DNA of 64,000 nucleotides from Chloroflexota bacterium (GCA_003141455.1 PLMA01000026.1:10701-74700); one strand, 5' to 3'. Numbered from the stretch's first letter, positions 1 to 8,969 are shown. The notes: generated by a model from the sequence alone, not told the origin. Made by a program: numbers and translations.

Positions 1-62
1 AGCGGTAGAGCAGTTGTTTCGTAAACAACAGGTCCTCGGTTCGAATCCGAGTGTCGGCTCCA
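1..62 (+). tRNA. tRNA-Thr(CGT), 5' end truncated by window edge
   Basis: D-arm remnant AGCGGTAGAGC; anticodon arm GTTGT-TTCGTAA-ACAAC (anticodon CGT); T-arm CTCGG-TTCGAAT-CCGAG; 3' acceptor strand TGTCGGC-T-CCA with encoded CCA at 60-62. Confidence 0.95.
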
Positions 63-75
63 TCGAGCAATAGCA

Positions 76-107
76 GAAACCCGGCCCGTGGGCCGGGTTT
101 CGTCTTT
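76..107 (+). terminator. Intrinsic terminator after tRNA
   Basis: Perfect 11-bp stem GAAACCCGGCC/GGCCGGGTTTC with CGTG loop, followed by GTCTTT. Confidence 0.75.
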
Positions 108-207
108 GCCGGTGGATGGGCTTGGAGCCTGGCCGGCGGCGCGGAGTCGGCCGGCCAGCGCCTCGCCGCGGCGGAATGCAGGGTCGCGAGCGGTCAGACC
201 CGGATCG

Positions 208-1356
208 TCACACGCCGGTGATCTCCAGCTGGGCCCCCCACACCGTCAAGGCGGCAGGGGTCCAGTTCTCGACCTGAGCCCAGCCATGGGGATACGTAGA
301 GTCGATGGCCAGGTAGTCGAAGCCGTTGGCTTCCAGGATCTCCTCGAAGTTGGTGAACTGAGGGCCGAAGTAGTCCTGGCTCGCCTGGGAAGCGAGGATG
401 AAGTACAAGGTCGAACGGTACTGATCCGCGATCTGCGGAGCCAGCAGCGCAGGCGAGTAGGCATCGATGAGGCTGGCCTGGCCGCCGTACGGCAGAGCGG
501 CGGCGGCGCTGGGTGTACCGGCCCAGTAGTAACCCGAGAAAGCGATGTCGACGCTGAAGATGTCGGGATGCCGAAGGGCCAGCATGGTGGCGCAGAAGCC
601 ACCTTCGGACAGCCCCATGATGGCCCGGGCCTTGGGATCTGGAATGGTCCTGTAGTTCAGGTCCACGTAGTCGACCACGGTCTTCGAGATGAACGTCTCG
701 AGCCATTGCTGCTTGTTGGACGAGTCGACACACTCGGTGGGCATCATCGGCGCGCCGGACTCGTCGATGAAGACGACGATCGCTGCCGGCATCGCGCCCG
801 AGCCAATCAGCGAGTTCAGCTCGGAGATCACGCCGGTCTCCCCGTTCCAGAGAGCCAGACCCGTGGGGGCTTCGTAGACCGCCGGGTACAGCTGGGAGCC
901 GGTGGGGTCGTAGCCCGGTGGGGTGTAGATGCTCACGTCGGCGGTCCGCTTGGAACCTCCGATCCACGGCGCGGGCATGTTCACCACCGCGACCTGCCCG
1001 GCGCCGGATGGACTCCAGACGAGCGACGCCCCGGCGACCGGGGCGGTGGTTGTTGCGAGTTCGGGCGTGGGTGTTGGCGTGGAAGTCGGGACGGCTGACG
1101 CAATCGGGGTGGCGGCGACCGGCGCAGCTGCGGCCGGGGCGGCTGCGGCCGGGGCAGCGGTGGCCGGGGCGGCGGCGGCCGGGGCGGCGGTGGCCGGGAT
1201 CGATGAGTGACCCGGGCTGGCCGTGGGCCACGGGAGGCCTGTAGCCCTGACTACGCCCGTGACCAACAACAAGGACGCCAGAACGCCGAGCGCCGCGAAG
1301 CCCGCGCGACGACTCCGGTGAGCCGTGGATGGGGGCCGGCTGCGCCGTTCAGCCAT
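208..1356 (-). CDS. Secreted/membrane-anchored alpha/beta-hydrolase esterase (enterochelin-esterase/antigen-85-like)
   Basis: N-terminal signal/TM segment, Ala/Pro/Thr linker, 'IYTPPGYD...YP', nucleophile elbow GLSEGG, 'ALRHPDIF', C-terminal His (PHGW). Confidence 0.8.
   Translation of the reverse strand: MAERRSRPPSTAHRSRRAGFAALGVLASLLLVTGVVRATGLPWPTASPGHSSIPATAAPAAAAPATAAPAAAAPAAAAPVAATPIASAVPTSTPTPTPELATTTAPVAGASLVWSPSGAGQVAVVNMPAPWIGGSKRTADVSIYTPPGYDPTGSQLYPAVYEAPTGLALWNGETGVISELNSLIGSGAMPAAIVVFIDESGAPMMPTECVDSSNKQQWLETFISKTVVDYVDLNYRTIPDPKARAIMGLSEGGFCATMLALRHPDIFSVDIAFSGYYWAGTPSAAAALPYGGQASLIDAYSPALLAPQIADQYRSTLYFILASQASQDYFGPQFTNFEEILEANGFDYLAIDSTYPHGWAQVENWTPAALTVWGAQLEITGV
1127..1198 (-). 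repeat. 15-bp coding tandem repeat encoding APA(T/A)A linker
   Basis: Repeated GGCCGGGGC(G/A)GC units on the + strand, in frame in the esterase linker. Confidence 0.7.
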
Positions 1357-1595
1357 GTCCAGTACCTCGCCAGCGGTTTGGGAATCGTCGACAGGTATCG
1401 GCGCTGACGTTGAAGCGGCGCTGAAGAACTCACCCGATAGGACACCACGATGGTGGGGAACGTCACTACCCGCACCGGCGGGGGGGGTTGGCAGGCTGGC
1501 CGGCGAGCTCCAGCCGGGGTGGTGGTGTCAGCCGACGGCGCGGGCGATCGAACCGCGGAGACGCTCGCAACCCCTGCCAGCAGCCGGGAGACGCC

Positions 1596-2699
1596 TCAGG
1601 CCGCGCCGCTCTCGGCGCCGTCCGCGGCTCCATCAGACGCTTCGCCCTCAGCTCCGTCCTCGGCCTCGTCCTCGCCCGCTTCTTCGGCGTCGCCGGGGCC
1701 TCGTAGCAGCACCGGGCCCACTCTCCGGGCGAGGCGCCAGGCCGCGTAGACGCAGATGACCTGGGCCGGAAGCCCCCGCTGATCGACCGCCAGCCCAACC
1801 GCCAGGATGGGCGACATGACGGGCAGCGCGAAGGCCGAATAGAAGAACTGCGACGACGGCCACAGCGCCGGCACCGAGAGCCATCCCGCGGCCCGCAGAT
1901 CGATCAGTACCAGGATCCCGATCGCGGCGGCCGTGACCACGAGGAGAGTCGTGTCTCGCGTTGCGGAGAACCCGCCGAACGACTGCGCGGCGATGCGCGC
2001 CGAGATCGTGCCGAACTCCCCGAGGTATGTGAGCCAGAGGCCGGGCCAGAACAGAAACGACACCGCGGAGGCCAGGCCCAGGATGGCAAGGGCACGCCAG
2101 CGTCGTTCCGCCAGCATAGGCAGCGCGGCGTAGGCCTTCAGCGGAATCGCCAGTGAGCGCAGCCAGTCGGAGCCCGCCAGGAGAACGGCCAGGCACAGGA
2201 CCTGCGGGTTGCCCACGAGCACTCCCTGGACAAGCGGCGGAAACAGCAGCCACCACATCGGCCGCCTCAAACGGTGGATCGTGTAGATGGCGGCCGCGAC
2301 GGTGATCGTGAGCCACAGGGCCGTGAAGACGTCCTCGGGCAGCACCGCGAAGGGCGCGAAGGCCAGGACCGTTGGGGGCGGCCCGGCGAAGTCGAAACGG
2401 AAGCCCGAAACGGGAACGCCGGCCAGCCAGGGATCATGGCCATCGAGCCAGGCCTGGGCGGCTCGGTAGTAGATCCGCCCGTCTATCCCCAGCCGTCCGT
2501 CCGTCGGGATCGACCAACAGGAATCCCGGACCCAGTAGGCGAACCAGCCGCACAGGGCGACCGAACCGGCGGCGTGAAGCAGCTTCTGCCAGTTCGGCGC
2601 CGCGACGAAGTCCGCCAGCCACATGAGCACGGTCACCGTGAGCCAGACGGCTGCGGCGCCGACCAGCAGGCCGCCGGCAACGACGAGGGGATCCATCAC
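1596..2699 (-). CDS. GT87/DUF2029-like polytopic membrane glycosyltransferase (GT-C)
   Basis: 'DGRIYYRAAQAWLDGHDPW...FAGPP..LAFAPFAVLP' and 'VGN' motifs; many TM helices. Confidence 0.7.
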   Translation of the reverse strand: MMDPLVVAGGLLVGAAAVWLTVTVLMWLADFVAAPNWQKLLHAAGSVALCGWFAYWVRDSCWSIPTDGRLGIDGRIYYRAAQAWLDGHDPWLAGVPVSGFRFDFAGPPPTVLAFAPFAVLPEDVFTALWLTITVAAAIYTIHRLRRPMWWLLFPPLVQGVLVGNPQVLCLAVLLAGSDWLRSLAIPLKAYAALPMLAERRWRALAILGLASAVSFLFWPGLWLTYLGEFGTISARIAAQSFGGFSATRDTTLLVVTAAAIGILVLIDLRAAGWLSVPALWPSSQFFYSAFALPVMSPILAVGLAVDQRGLPAQVICVYAAWRLARRVGPVLLRGPGDAEEAGEDEAEDGAEGEASDGAADGAESGAA

Positions 2700-3862
2700 G
2701 TCCCCCGGCTACCCGCGGGCGGAGTCACCGCAACCACAACCAGGCCCGCGGCGGCGACGAGCAGGACGACCGGCCAGGCCGAAACGACGCCCACGTTGTC
2801 CGCCAGCAGGCCCAGGGCGGACGGTGCGATCAACACCGCGAAGCCGGAGCCCAGCGTTGACCGGGCGGCTGCCTCGAACTGGGCTTTCGGAGCACTCTGG
2901 AGAGCGAACGCGATCCCGATCGGCCAGAGACCGGCGGTCCCCAGGCCACCCAGGAAGAGCCCCAGGCCGGCCAGCACCGGCATTGTCGCGACCCAGATCA
3001 GGCCGGCGCCGAGCAGAACGATGCCCAGGCCTGCGGCCAGGATTCCGCGTGGTGCCCTCCCAGCGCCGAGGCCTCGTCCGATGGCGGCTCGACCGACGAA
3101 CATCCCGGCCACGAAGAGACTAGCCAGCAAGGTTGCGTCGGCTGGGGAGATTCCGGTCCGGCGGGCGACCATCGTCGAGCCCCAGAAGACGAACGAGAAC
3201 TCGATCGACACGCCCAGAACGAGGAAGAGCCAGATCATCCAGTACCGAGCCGGCAAGCTCGCTCGAGGCATCCGAACGGAGACCGATGAGCCGGTGCCGC
3301 GCGGCCGGAGGAGCGTCAGGGCGACGAGCCCGACGATCGCTGCCAGCAACGCTATCCGCCACGCGTGAAGCACGGACGCAGCCAATCCGATGGCGAGAGG
3401 GGCGGCCGCGGCCGTGACCATCGCCCAGGCGTTGGCCTGGCCCATCATCTTGCGACTCTCGAGCCCGCCCGCCCGTCCCAGCTGGACGTTGACGTGCGTG
3501 CCCAGGGAGCCGCCGCCCAAGCCCATCAGGAAGGCTCCGACTAGCGAAACCGGCAGCACCGGTGCCACGACAACGAGGGCGACGGCCCCTGCGAGTATCG
3601 CCACGGAGACATCCAGCAGCCGGCTCGTGCCCATCCGCCTGGCGACGACATCGGCGCTGAGCCCCGCCAGCAAAGTGCCGATCGCGAGCGCGGATGCGTG
3701 CAGGCCTGCCTCGAACGCGGTCAGCCGCAGGTCGTCCCTCAGATACGGCGTTGCGTTGCCGAGGCCGTAGAGCAGGTACGCCCAGATCGCCAGGTAGGAG
3801 AAGACTAACCAGGGGCCGCGGACCCGCGGCTCCAGCGCAGGCTCGTCAAAGGCGGGCGTCAG
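2696..3862 (-). CDS. MFS transporter (start uncertain; frame is open upstream of the 3673 ORF call, possibly a CTG start)
   Basis: About 12 hydrophobic helices. The in-frame extension 'PWLVFSYLAIWAYLLYGLGNATPYLRDDLRLTAFEAGLHASALAIGT' is typical MFS TM1-2. In-frame stop at 3905-3907. Confidence 0.75.
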   Translation of the reverse strand: MTPAFDEPALEPRVRGPWLVFSYLAIWAYLLYGLGNATPYLRDDLRLTAFEAGLHASALAIGTLLAGLSADVVARRMGTSRLLDVSVAILAGAVALVVVAPVLPVSLVGAFLMGLGGGSLGTHVNVQLGRAGGLESRKMMGQANAWAMVTAAAAPLAIGLAASVLHAWRIALLAAIVGLVALTLLRPRGTGSSVSVRMPRASLPARYWMIWLFLVLGVSIEFSFVFWGSTMVARRTGISPADATLLASLFVAGMFVGRAAIGRGLGAGRAPRGILAAGLGIVLLGAGLIWVATMPVLAGLGLFLGGLGTAGLWPIGIAFALQSAPKAQFEAAARSTLGSGFAVLIAPSALGLLADNVGVVSAWPVVLLVAAAGLVVVAVTPPAGSRGT

Positions 3863-4053
3863 CGTCCGACTTCCAGGGCGAACAACGCGCTCCCTGACCT
3901 CCTGCTAGGCGTCCCTTCGATGTTGCCAGTCTAGCCGTGCTCGCCGAACCACCGGCGGCCGATCGGCCGGCCCGTCCCGCATACGTACGGAATCCAGACC
4001 CGACGGGACGTTTGTGGGCATGGAGCCGTCGGGCGAGTCCCGTAGGATGCCGT

Positions 4054-5307
4054 ATGCGACCTATACGCGTCGCGCGACCTATACGCGACACCTGGCTCCT
4101 GCGCGGGGTTGCCGTCGCCGCCTCGATCGGCCTGATCGGTGGCCTGATTCTGTTAGGGCCCTTCTCCGGAGGCCACGGCAACGGCTCCTCCCCATCCGGG
4201 ATCGGGTACGCCGGTCTGCCGACCGGCGGCGGGGCGGCAACCGGCTGGCAGGGTGCCCAGACCGACGCCTCTCCCTCCGCGGACTGGACCGGCACTGCCG
4301 AGCCGACCCCGAGTCTCGCGGCCAGCCTGGTCGCCTTGCTCACCGGTTCGCCGGCTCCCGCGAAATCCGCCAGCCCGACGCCGACGCCGCTGCGAACACC
4401 GGCCCGGACCCCGACCGTCACTCCGGCCCCTACACCTGGCCCGACGCCGCCTCCGACGCCCGGCCCTACGCCAGTTCCACCTCCGCCGCCGGCCGGAGCT
4501 CCCTGCTACGTGTTCCCGGCTTCGAACGTATGGAACCGCGACGTCTCGAGCCTGCCTGTTGCCTCGAACTCGGCCGCGATGGTCAGCGCCATCGGCATCA
4601 ACGCCTACCTCCACCCCGACTTCGACGCCGTCGGCGACGGCATTCCGTACAACATCGTCACGTCAAGCACGCCCACGTACAACGTCGGCTTTGACTACGC
4701 CGACGAGTCGGACCCAGGCCCATACCCGATCCCGGCCGGCCCCCGGATCGAAAGCGGCTCGGACGCCCACCTGCTCGCGATCGACGTGAACCAGTGCAAG
4801 CTGTGGGAGCTGTACGACGTCCGGGCCGTCGGTTCGGGCTGGGCCGCCGGCTCGGGCGCCTACTTCGACCTTCGATCGAACGCGCTGCGGCCCGAGGGCT
4901 GGACCAGCGCGGACGCGGCCGGCCTGCCCATCTTCCCCGGCCTGGTCCGCTACGAGGAGGTCGTGAGCGGCTCCATCAGCCATGCCATCCGCTTCACCGC
5001 CCCGCATACCTGTGGCTACATCTACCCGGCCCGCCATCTCACCGCGAGCCCGTGCTCGAACCTGCCGCCGATGGGCCTGCGCGTCCGGCTCAAGGCCTCT
5101 GTCGACATCTCCGGCTTCGGCCCCGATGCGCGCGTCGTGCTGACTGCGCTCAAGCGCTACGGCATGATCCTGGCCGACAACGGCTCGCCCTGGTACATCT
5201 CCGGGACCCCGGATTCGCGCTGGAACGACGACGAGTTCCACAAGCTGCAGAACCTCACGGGCGCCGACTTTGAGGTCGTCGACACGAGCGGTCTCCGCAA
5301 CGGCTGA
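4054..5307 (+). CDS. Membrane-anchored secreted conserved hypothetical protein with Pro/Thr linker
   Basis: N-terminal TM, PT-rich linker, globular domain 'FPASNVWNRDVSSLPV...WTSADAAGLPIFPGLVRYEEV...HAIRFT...ALKRYGMILADNG'. TAGGAT -10 lies 5 nt before ATG 4054. Confidence 0.75.
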   Translation: MRPIRVARPIRDTWLLRGVAVAASIGLIGGLILLGPFSGGHGNGSSPSGIGYAGLPTGGGAATGWQGAQTDASPSADWTGTAEPTPSLAASLVALLTGSPAPAKSASPTPTPLRTPARTPTVTPAPTPGPTPPPTPGPTPVPPPPPAGAPCYVFPASNVWNRDVSSLPVASNSAAMVSAIGINAYLHPDFDAVGDGIPYNIVTSSTPTYNVGFDYADESDPGPYPIPAGPRIESGSDAHLLAIDVNQCKLWELYDVRAVGSGWAAGSGAYFDLRSNALRPEGWTSADAAGLPIFPGLVRYEEVVSGSISHAIRFTAPHTCGYIYPARHLTASPCSNLPPMGLRVRLKASVDISGFGPDARVVLTALKRYGMILADNGSPWYISGTPDSRWNDDEFHKLQNLTGADFEVVDTSGLRNG

Positions 5308-5426
5308 GGCTCACATAGTCTTGGGGCCCGCCGCCGGCTCCCGACCGGCTTCCAGGGAGGACCCCGCCGCCGGCCTCCCCGATCGGCCGCGGTGCGCGGG
5401 CGCGCCACCCCGTACTTACGCGTCAG

Positions 5427-5454
5427 TTGAGCGGTCGCCACCGCGGGTTAACCT
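5427..5454 (+). promoter_or_regulatory. Sigma70-type promoter TTGAGC-N16-TAACCT
   Basis: -35-like hexamer 5427-5432 and TAnnnT hexamer 5449-5454 upstream of the SD AGGAGG (5501) / GTG (5511). Confidence 0.5.
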
Positions 5455-5510
5455 CCAAAGACGCTCAAGTAGGCCCCACCGGCCCATGTCACCGGCCCGC
5501 AGGAGGCTTC

Positions 5511-6026
5511 GTGCTCATCCCGTTCATCGGGTACGCCCAGGGTCGCCGCTTCATCGGATACGTCGAATGCGAGGGCGAGCGACTGACCGATCTTCTGAAT
5601 CGCTCGGATTCCGTTGTCATTCGAGAGGCTTTCGTCGAGAGCTTCGAGGACGATACGGTCACCAACATGGGCGACGGCGAGATCGACCGTTCGATCCTGT
5701 ACGCGGTCGAGTCGAGCGGCGGGCGCGGTGAAGGAGCAGGCCGCATCCACACGGTCCGCCACCGTCTGCAGGTTCAGCTCGGGCCCTACACCGCCCTGGG
5801 GCTGCTCCACGCGTTGCCCGGCCAGATGCCGCTGCCCTACCTCCATTCTCGAGGACCGATGATTCCGCTCTCAGACGTCACGCTCGGTTTCACGAGCCGC
5901 GGTGCGATGGTCCTGAAGGACGCGGAGACTCTCATCGTCAACCGCGACATGCTCGATTGGGTACGGGCCAGCGAAGATGACGCCGCGGCATTCCCGGGTG
6001 TGCGGGTACTAACCGAGCGCGGGTGA
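5511..6026 (+). CDS. Tandem DUF6812-like hypothetical protein (paralog 1)
   Basis: SD AGGAGG at 5501-5506; two similar modules ('G..ERLTDLLN...EIDRSILYAV' and 'GLLH...MIPLSDVTL...LIVNRDML'). Confidence 0.65.
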   Translation: MLIPFIGYAQGRRFIGYVECEGERLTDLLNRSDSVVIREAFVESFEDDTVTNMGDGEIDRSILYAVESSGGRGEGAGRIHTVRHRLQVQLGPYTALGLLHALPGQMPLPYLHSRGPMIPLSDVTLGFTSRGAMVLKDAETLIVNRDMLDWVRASEDDAAAFPGVRVLTERG

Positions 6027-6172
6027 TGGCCATGCCGCGGCGTTCGGCGAGATGGCGGCGTGAGTCGTGCATGGCGCCGTGCGTGGCAGGTGCACCCGTG
6101 CCGACCGCCGACCCCGTGCCCCCCTCCTCGGACGCCCCGCCCCGGCTGCTCCCCGTCTGCGCCCCGCGAGAA

Positions 6173-6404
6173 CTGCTCATTACCAGTGGAGGTAGTACTA
6201 AGTGGAGCCAACCTCACCACGTCCGCTCAACACGGCACCCGGCCCGTCCCCGAACGTCTGCTCGGCCGCCAGAACCTACCGGCCCGCGCTCACGCCGGGA
6301 TGATTCGGACTCGCGACCTCCTCTCGACGCCTCCAGTGAGTGGCCCGGACACGACGGCTCGGCTCAATCCTTTACACAGCACTACCCCCACTGGTATTGA
6401 GCAG
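6173..6404 (-). ncRNA. Candidate rod-like structured RNA (alternative: MITE-like inverted-repeat element)
   Basis: 27-nt terminal inverted repeat (24/27 Watson-Crick) plus nested stems; most mismatches become G-U pairs on the minus strand. Confidence 0.5.
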
Positions 6405-6521
6405 AAACCACACGCCACGCAGGTCGCACGCCGGCTCGGACATGCCGGCTCAGCTCGACCCTTCGCATAGCACCTCGTAGCCGTGTTCGGCGATAGGGAC
6501 TGCAGACGAAGGGCCGTTCGC

Positions 6522-7088
6522 CTACAACCCGAGAACGTCCCGGACCGTCTTGAGTCCCTCGATCACGTTGGCCACGTGCTCCTCGAACGGCACGCCGAGC
6601 TCCTCGGCGCCCCTGACCAGCTGATCTCGCGGGACCGGCCTGGCGAAGCCCTTGTCCTTCATCTTCTTCAGGACGGCCCGGGGATCCACTTCGTCCAGGC
6701 TGCGATTCGGGCGGACGTACGTAACCGCGATGACGAAGCCGCTCATCTCGTCACAGGCATACACCGTCTTCGCCAGCAGGCTGACGCGCGGCACGCCCGT
6801 GTGGTCGCCGTGGCCCAGCACCGCCTCGACGACCTCCCCGGGGTATCCCAGCCGGCGCAGCTCTTCGGCGCCGCGCATCGGATGGGTCTCCGGGTAGCGC
6901 TCGTAGTCGAAGTCATGCAGGAGACCGGCGGCACGCCACGTCTCCAGCTCGGGCCCGGCGATTCCGAAGCGGTGCTCCGCATACCAGCCGACCGTAGCCT
7001 CGACCGCCAGGCCGTGTTTTCGAAGAGCCTCACTCGGTGTCCATTCGGCCAGTAATCGCCAGGCGTCGTCGCGGGTCGGACTGCTCAT
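6522..7088 (-). CDS. HD/HDIG-domain metal-dependent phosphohydrolase (COG2316-like)
   Basis: 'LRKHGLAVEA', 'GLLHDFDYE', 'ACDEMSGF', 'KKMKDKGFA'; SD GAGGAGG. Confidence 0.85.
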   Translation of the reverse strand: MSSPTRDDAWRLLAEWTPSEALRKHGLAVEATVGWYAEHRFGIAGPELETWRAAGLLHDFDYERYPETHPMRGAEELRRLGYPGEVVEAVLGHGDHTGVPRVSLLAKTVYACDEMSGFVIAVTYVRPNRSLDEVDPRAVLKKMKDKGFARPVPRDQLVRGAEELGVPFEEHVANVIEGLKTVRDVLGL

Positions 7089-7106
7089 AGAAGCCTCCTC
7101 GCCGGC

Positions 7107-7116
7107 AGGGTACCAT
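7107..7116. promoter_or_regulatory. Overlapping divergent -10 elements (TACCAT on +, TG-G-TACCCT on -)
   Basis: AGGGTACCAT lies between the divergent HD hydrolase and nitrilase genes; both strands read TAnnnT. Confidence 0.45.
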
Positions 7117-7270
7117 CGAGCGGATAGCGGAGATCAGTCTGCGGCAAGCCGCGCGCGCGGACCGAGATGCGGGTTTCGGACGAGCCAGGCGGAGACCGGA
7201 AACCCGTTTGGGGCAGGCCAATCGCGCAGACCGGAGATTCGCTAGACAAGCCACACATGGAGCGGCGTAG

Positions 7271-8086
7271 GTGAGCAGTCTCAGAGTTGCCCTCGTCCAG
7301 CTGGCCGCGGATCACGACGTGGCCGCGAATTTGGATCGCGCCGCCGAACTCGTTCGGCAGGCCGGCCGGAGCGATCCGCGTCTCGTCGCCCTGCCGGAGA
7401 TGTTCCTGTACCGGGGCCCGAGCTCGGGCTACCGCGAGTCGGCCACGGACCTGCCAGGCCCGCTCACCGAGCCGTTCGCCGACCTGGCCCGTTCGCTCGG
7501 GGCATGGATCTTGCTGGGCAGCCTGGCCGAACGCTCGGCAGATCCGCTGCGGCCCTACAACACCTCCGTCCTGCTCGACCCCGCGGGCCAGATCGTGGCC
7601 AGGTACCGCAAGCGGCACCTGTTCGACGTGGCCATCGACGGCGGCCCGTCGGATCGGGAGTCGTCCCGGATCACACCCGGCGACGCGAGCGTGGTAGTCG
7701 TACTGGAGGGCGCAGCCCAGAAGGTGGATGTCCGGCTCGGCCTGAGCATCTGCTTCGACCTTCGATTCCCCGAGCTGTACCGCGAGCTGGCGCTCGACGG
7801 TGCCGTCGTCATGGCGGTGCCGGCCAACTTCACCGAGGCGACGGGTCGCGATCATTGGGAAGTGCTGCTCCGCGCCCGGGCCATCGAGAACGGAGCCTTC
7901 GTCATCGCCCCCGCTCAGTGCGGCACGGGAGGCGGAGTCCCGACCCATGGCCGCAGCATGATCGTCGACCCGTGGGGGATCGTCGTCGCTCAGGCCCCCG
8001 ACGGACCTGGGATCCTGGTGGCCGATCTGGATCTGGAGCGGGTAGCCGCGATTCGGCGGCAGCTGCCAACTCAGCCCACGCGTTGA
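7271..8086 (+). CDS. Carbon-nitrogen hydrolase (Nit1/deaminated-glutathione amidase-like)
   Basis: Glu-Lys-Cys triad: LPEMF, YRKRHLFD, SICFDLRFPE; also 'HWEVLLRARAIEN' and 'GRSMIVDPWG'. Confidence 0.9.
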   Translation: MSSLRVALVQLAADHDVAANLDRAAELVRQAGRSDPRLVALPEMFLYRGPSSGYRESATDLPGPLTEPFADLARSLGAWILLGSLAERSADPLRPYNTSVLLDPAGQIVARYRKRHLFDVAIDGGPSDRESSRITPGDASVVVVLEGAAQKVDVRLGLSICFDLRFPELYRELALDGAVVMAVPANFTEATGRDHWEVLLRARAIENGAFVIAPAQCGTGGGVPTHGRSMIVDPWGIVVAQAPDGPGILVADLDLERVAAIRRQLPTQPTR

Positions 8087-8129
8087 TGGCTGCGCCGGGA
8101 GCGCCCCGTTCAAGCCAGGGTCAGGCGGG

Positions 8130-8969
8130 TCAGGCGGCGCCGAACCTCCGCCGGAGGGGCATCGAGTCGTCAGCTGGGAAATCGCCGCCATCTCGATCGG
8201 AGTCCTCGGCGGGTGCCGAGGGTTCGTCCAGGATGGTGATCATCTCGCGACGGTTGATCACCGCGAAGGGGAGGCGCGCCACGAGCGTCGGGTCGGAGAG
8301 CCAGTGCACGGTCACTTCAGTGATGGGCAGGAAGTGCGGCTCGGTCGGCTCGAGGTACTCCTTCATGGATCCGAACGCATGGACGTGGAGGCTTCCTTCC
8401 AGGATGTAGCCGGGGGTCACGATCGATACCTTGCGGCGCTGCTTCTGCACCACGGGCGCTCCGGGCCGAGCCTGCTGGATGTTAGCCCGCTCGGCGACCA
8501 TGACGACCTGGTCCAGCCGAACCCAGAGCGTACCTCTGCTCTGTTCGCGATCGGAGATAGCGGCATTCCCCAGGTGGACGTGCATGCCGTCCTGCACCTG
8601 GATGAATCCGGATTTCATGTTCAGCCAGTCTGACAATCGATCGAACTGGCCCGTGCGTAGCCGCCCGGAGATTTGGAAGCCATCGCCGAAGATCTCGACG
8701 TCAAACGCCATTCCTTCTTCGTCGGCTTCCTGCGAGGTCGCCCGCCACGGGTCGTTGGCCTGGGCGTCGGGTGAGCCCAGTGTCCCCCAGACGGGATCGA
8801 ACCCCGGCGATCCTGCGAAGCCGTCGTTCTCGGGTTGGCGGTTCGGGTCGCCCAGGCGAAGCGGCGGCGTCCCCTCGGCGCGGCCGTCGGAGCCGAATCC
8901 GGCATCAGCGTCGCGGTCTGACGCGTCGCTCTGGCGAAAGCCTCCGAAGAACCCGGGTCGTCCAGCCAT
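8130..8969 (-). CDS. Tandem DUF6812-like hypothetical protein (paralog 2) with disordered N-terminus
   Basis: Modules 'VEIFGDGFQISGRL...RLSDWLN...FIQVQD...WVRLDQVVMV' and 'VSIVTPGYILEGSLH...HFLPITEVTV...AVINRREMITI'. Confidence 0.7.
   Translation of the reverse strand: MAGRPGFFGGFRQSDASDRDADAGFGSDGRAEGTPPLRLGDPNRQPENDGFAGSPGFDPVWGTLGSPDAQANDPWRATSQEADEEGMAFDVEIFGDGFQISGRLRTGQFDRLSDWLNMKSGFIQVQDGMHVHLGNAAISDREQSRGTLWVRLDQVVMVAERANIQQARPGAPVVQKQRRKVSIVTPGYILEGSLHVHAFGSMKEYLEPTEPHFLPITEVTVHWLSDPTLVARLPFAVINRREMITILDEPSAPAEDSDRDGGDFPADDSMPLRRRFGAA

Noticed and set aside
1-6000. Genomic island integrated at tRNA-Thr
   Set aside because: No integrase, no duplicated tRNA 3' end noticed, and the tRNA is followed directly by its terminator.
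7178-7187. Guanidine-II riboswitch (GGACGA loop)
   Set aside because: Only one imperfect ACGR hairpin; the class needs two in tandem.
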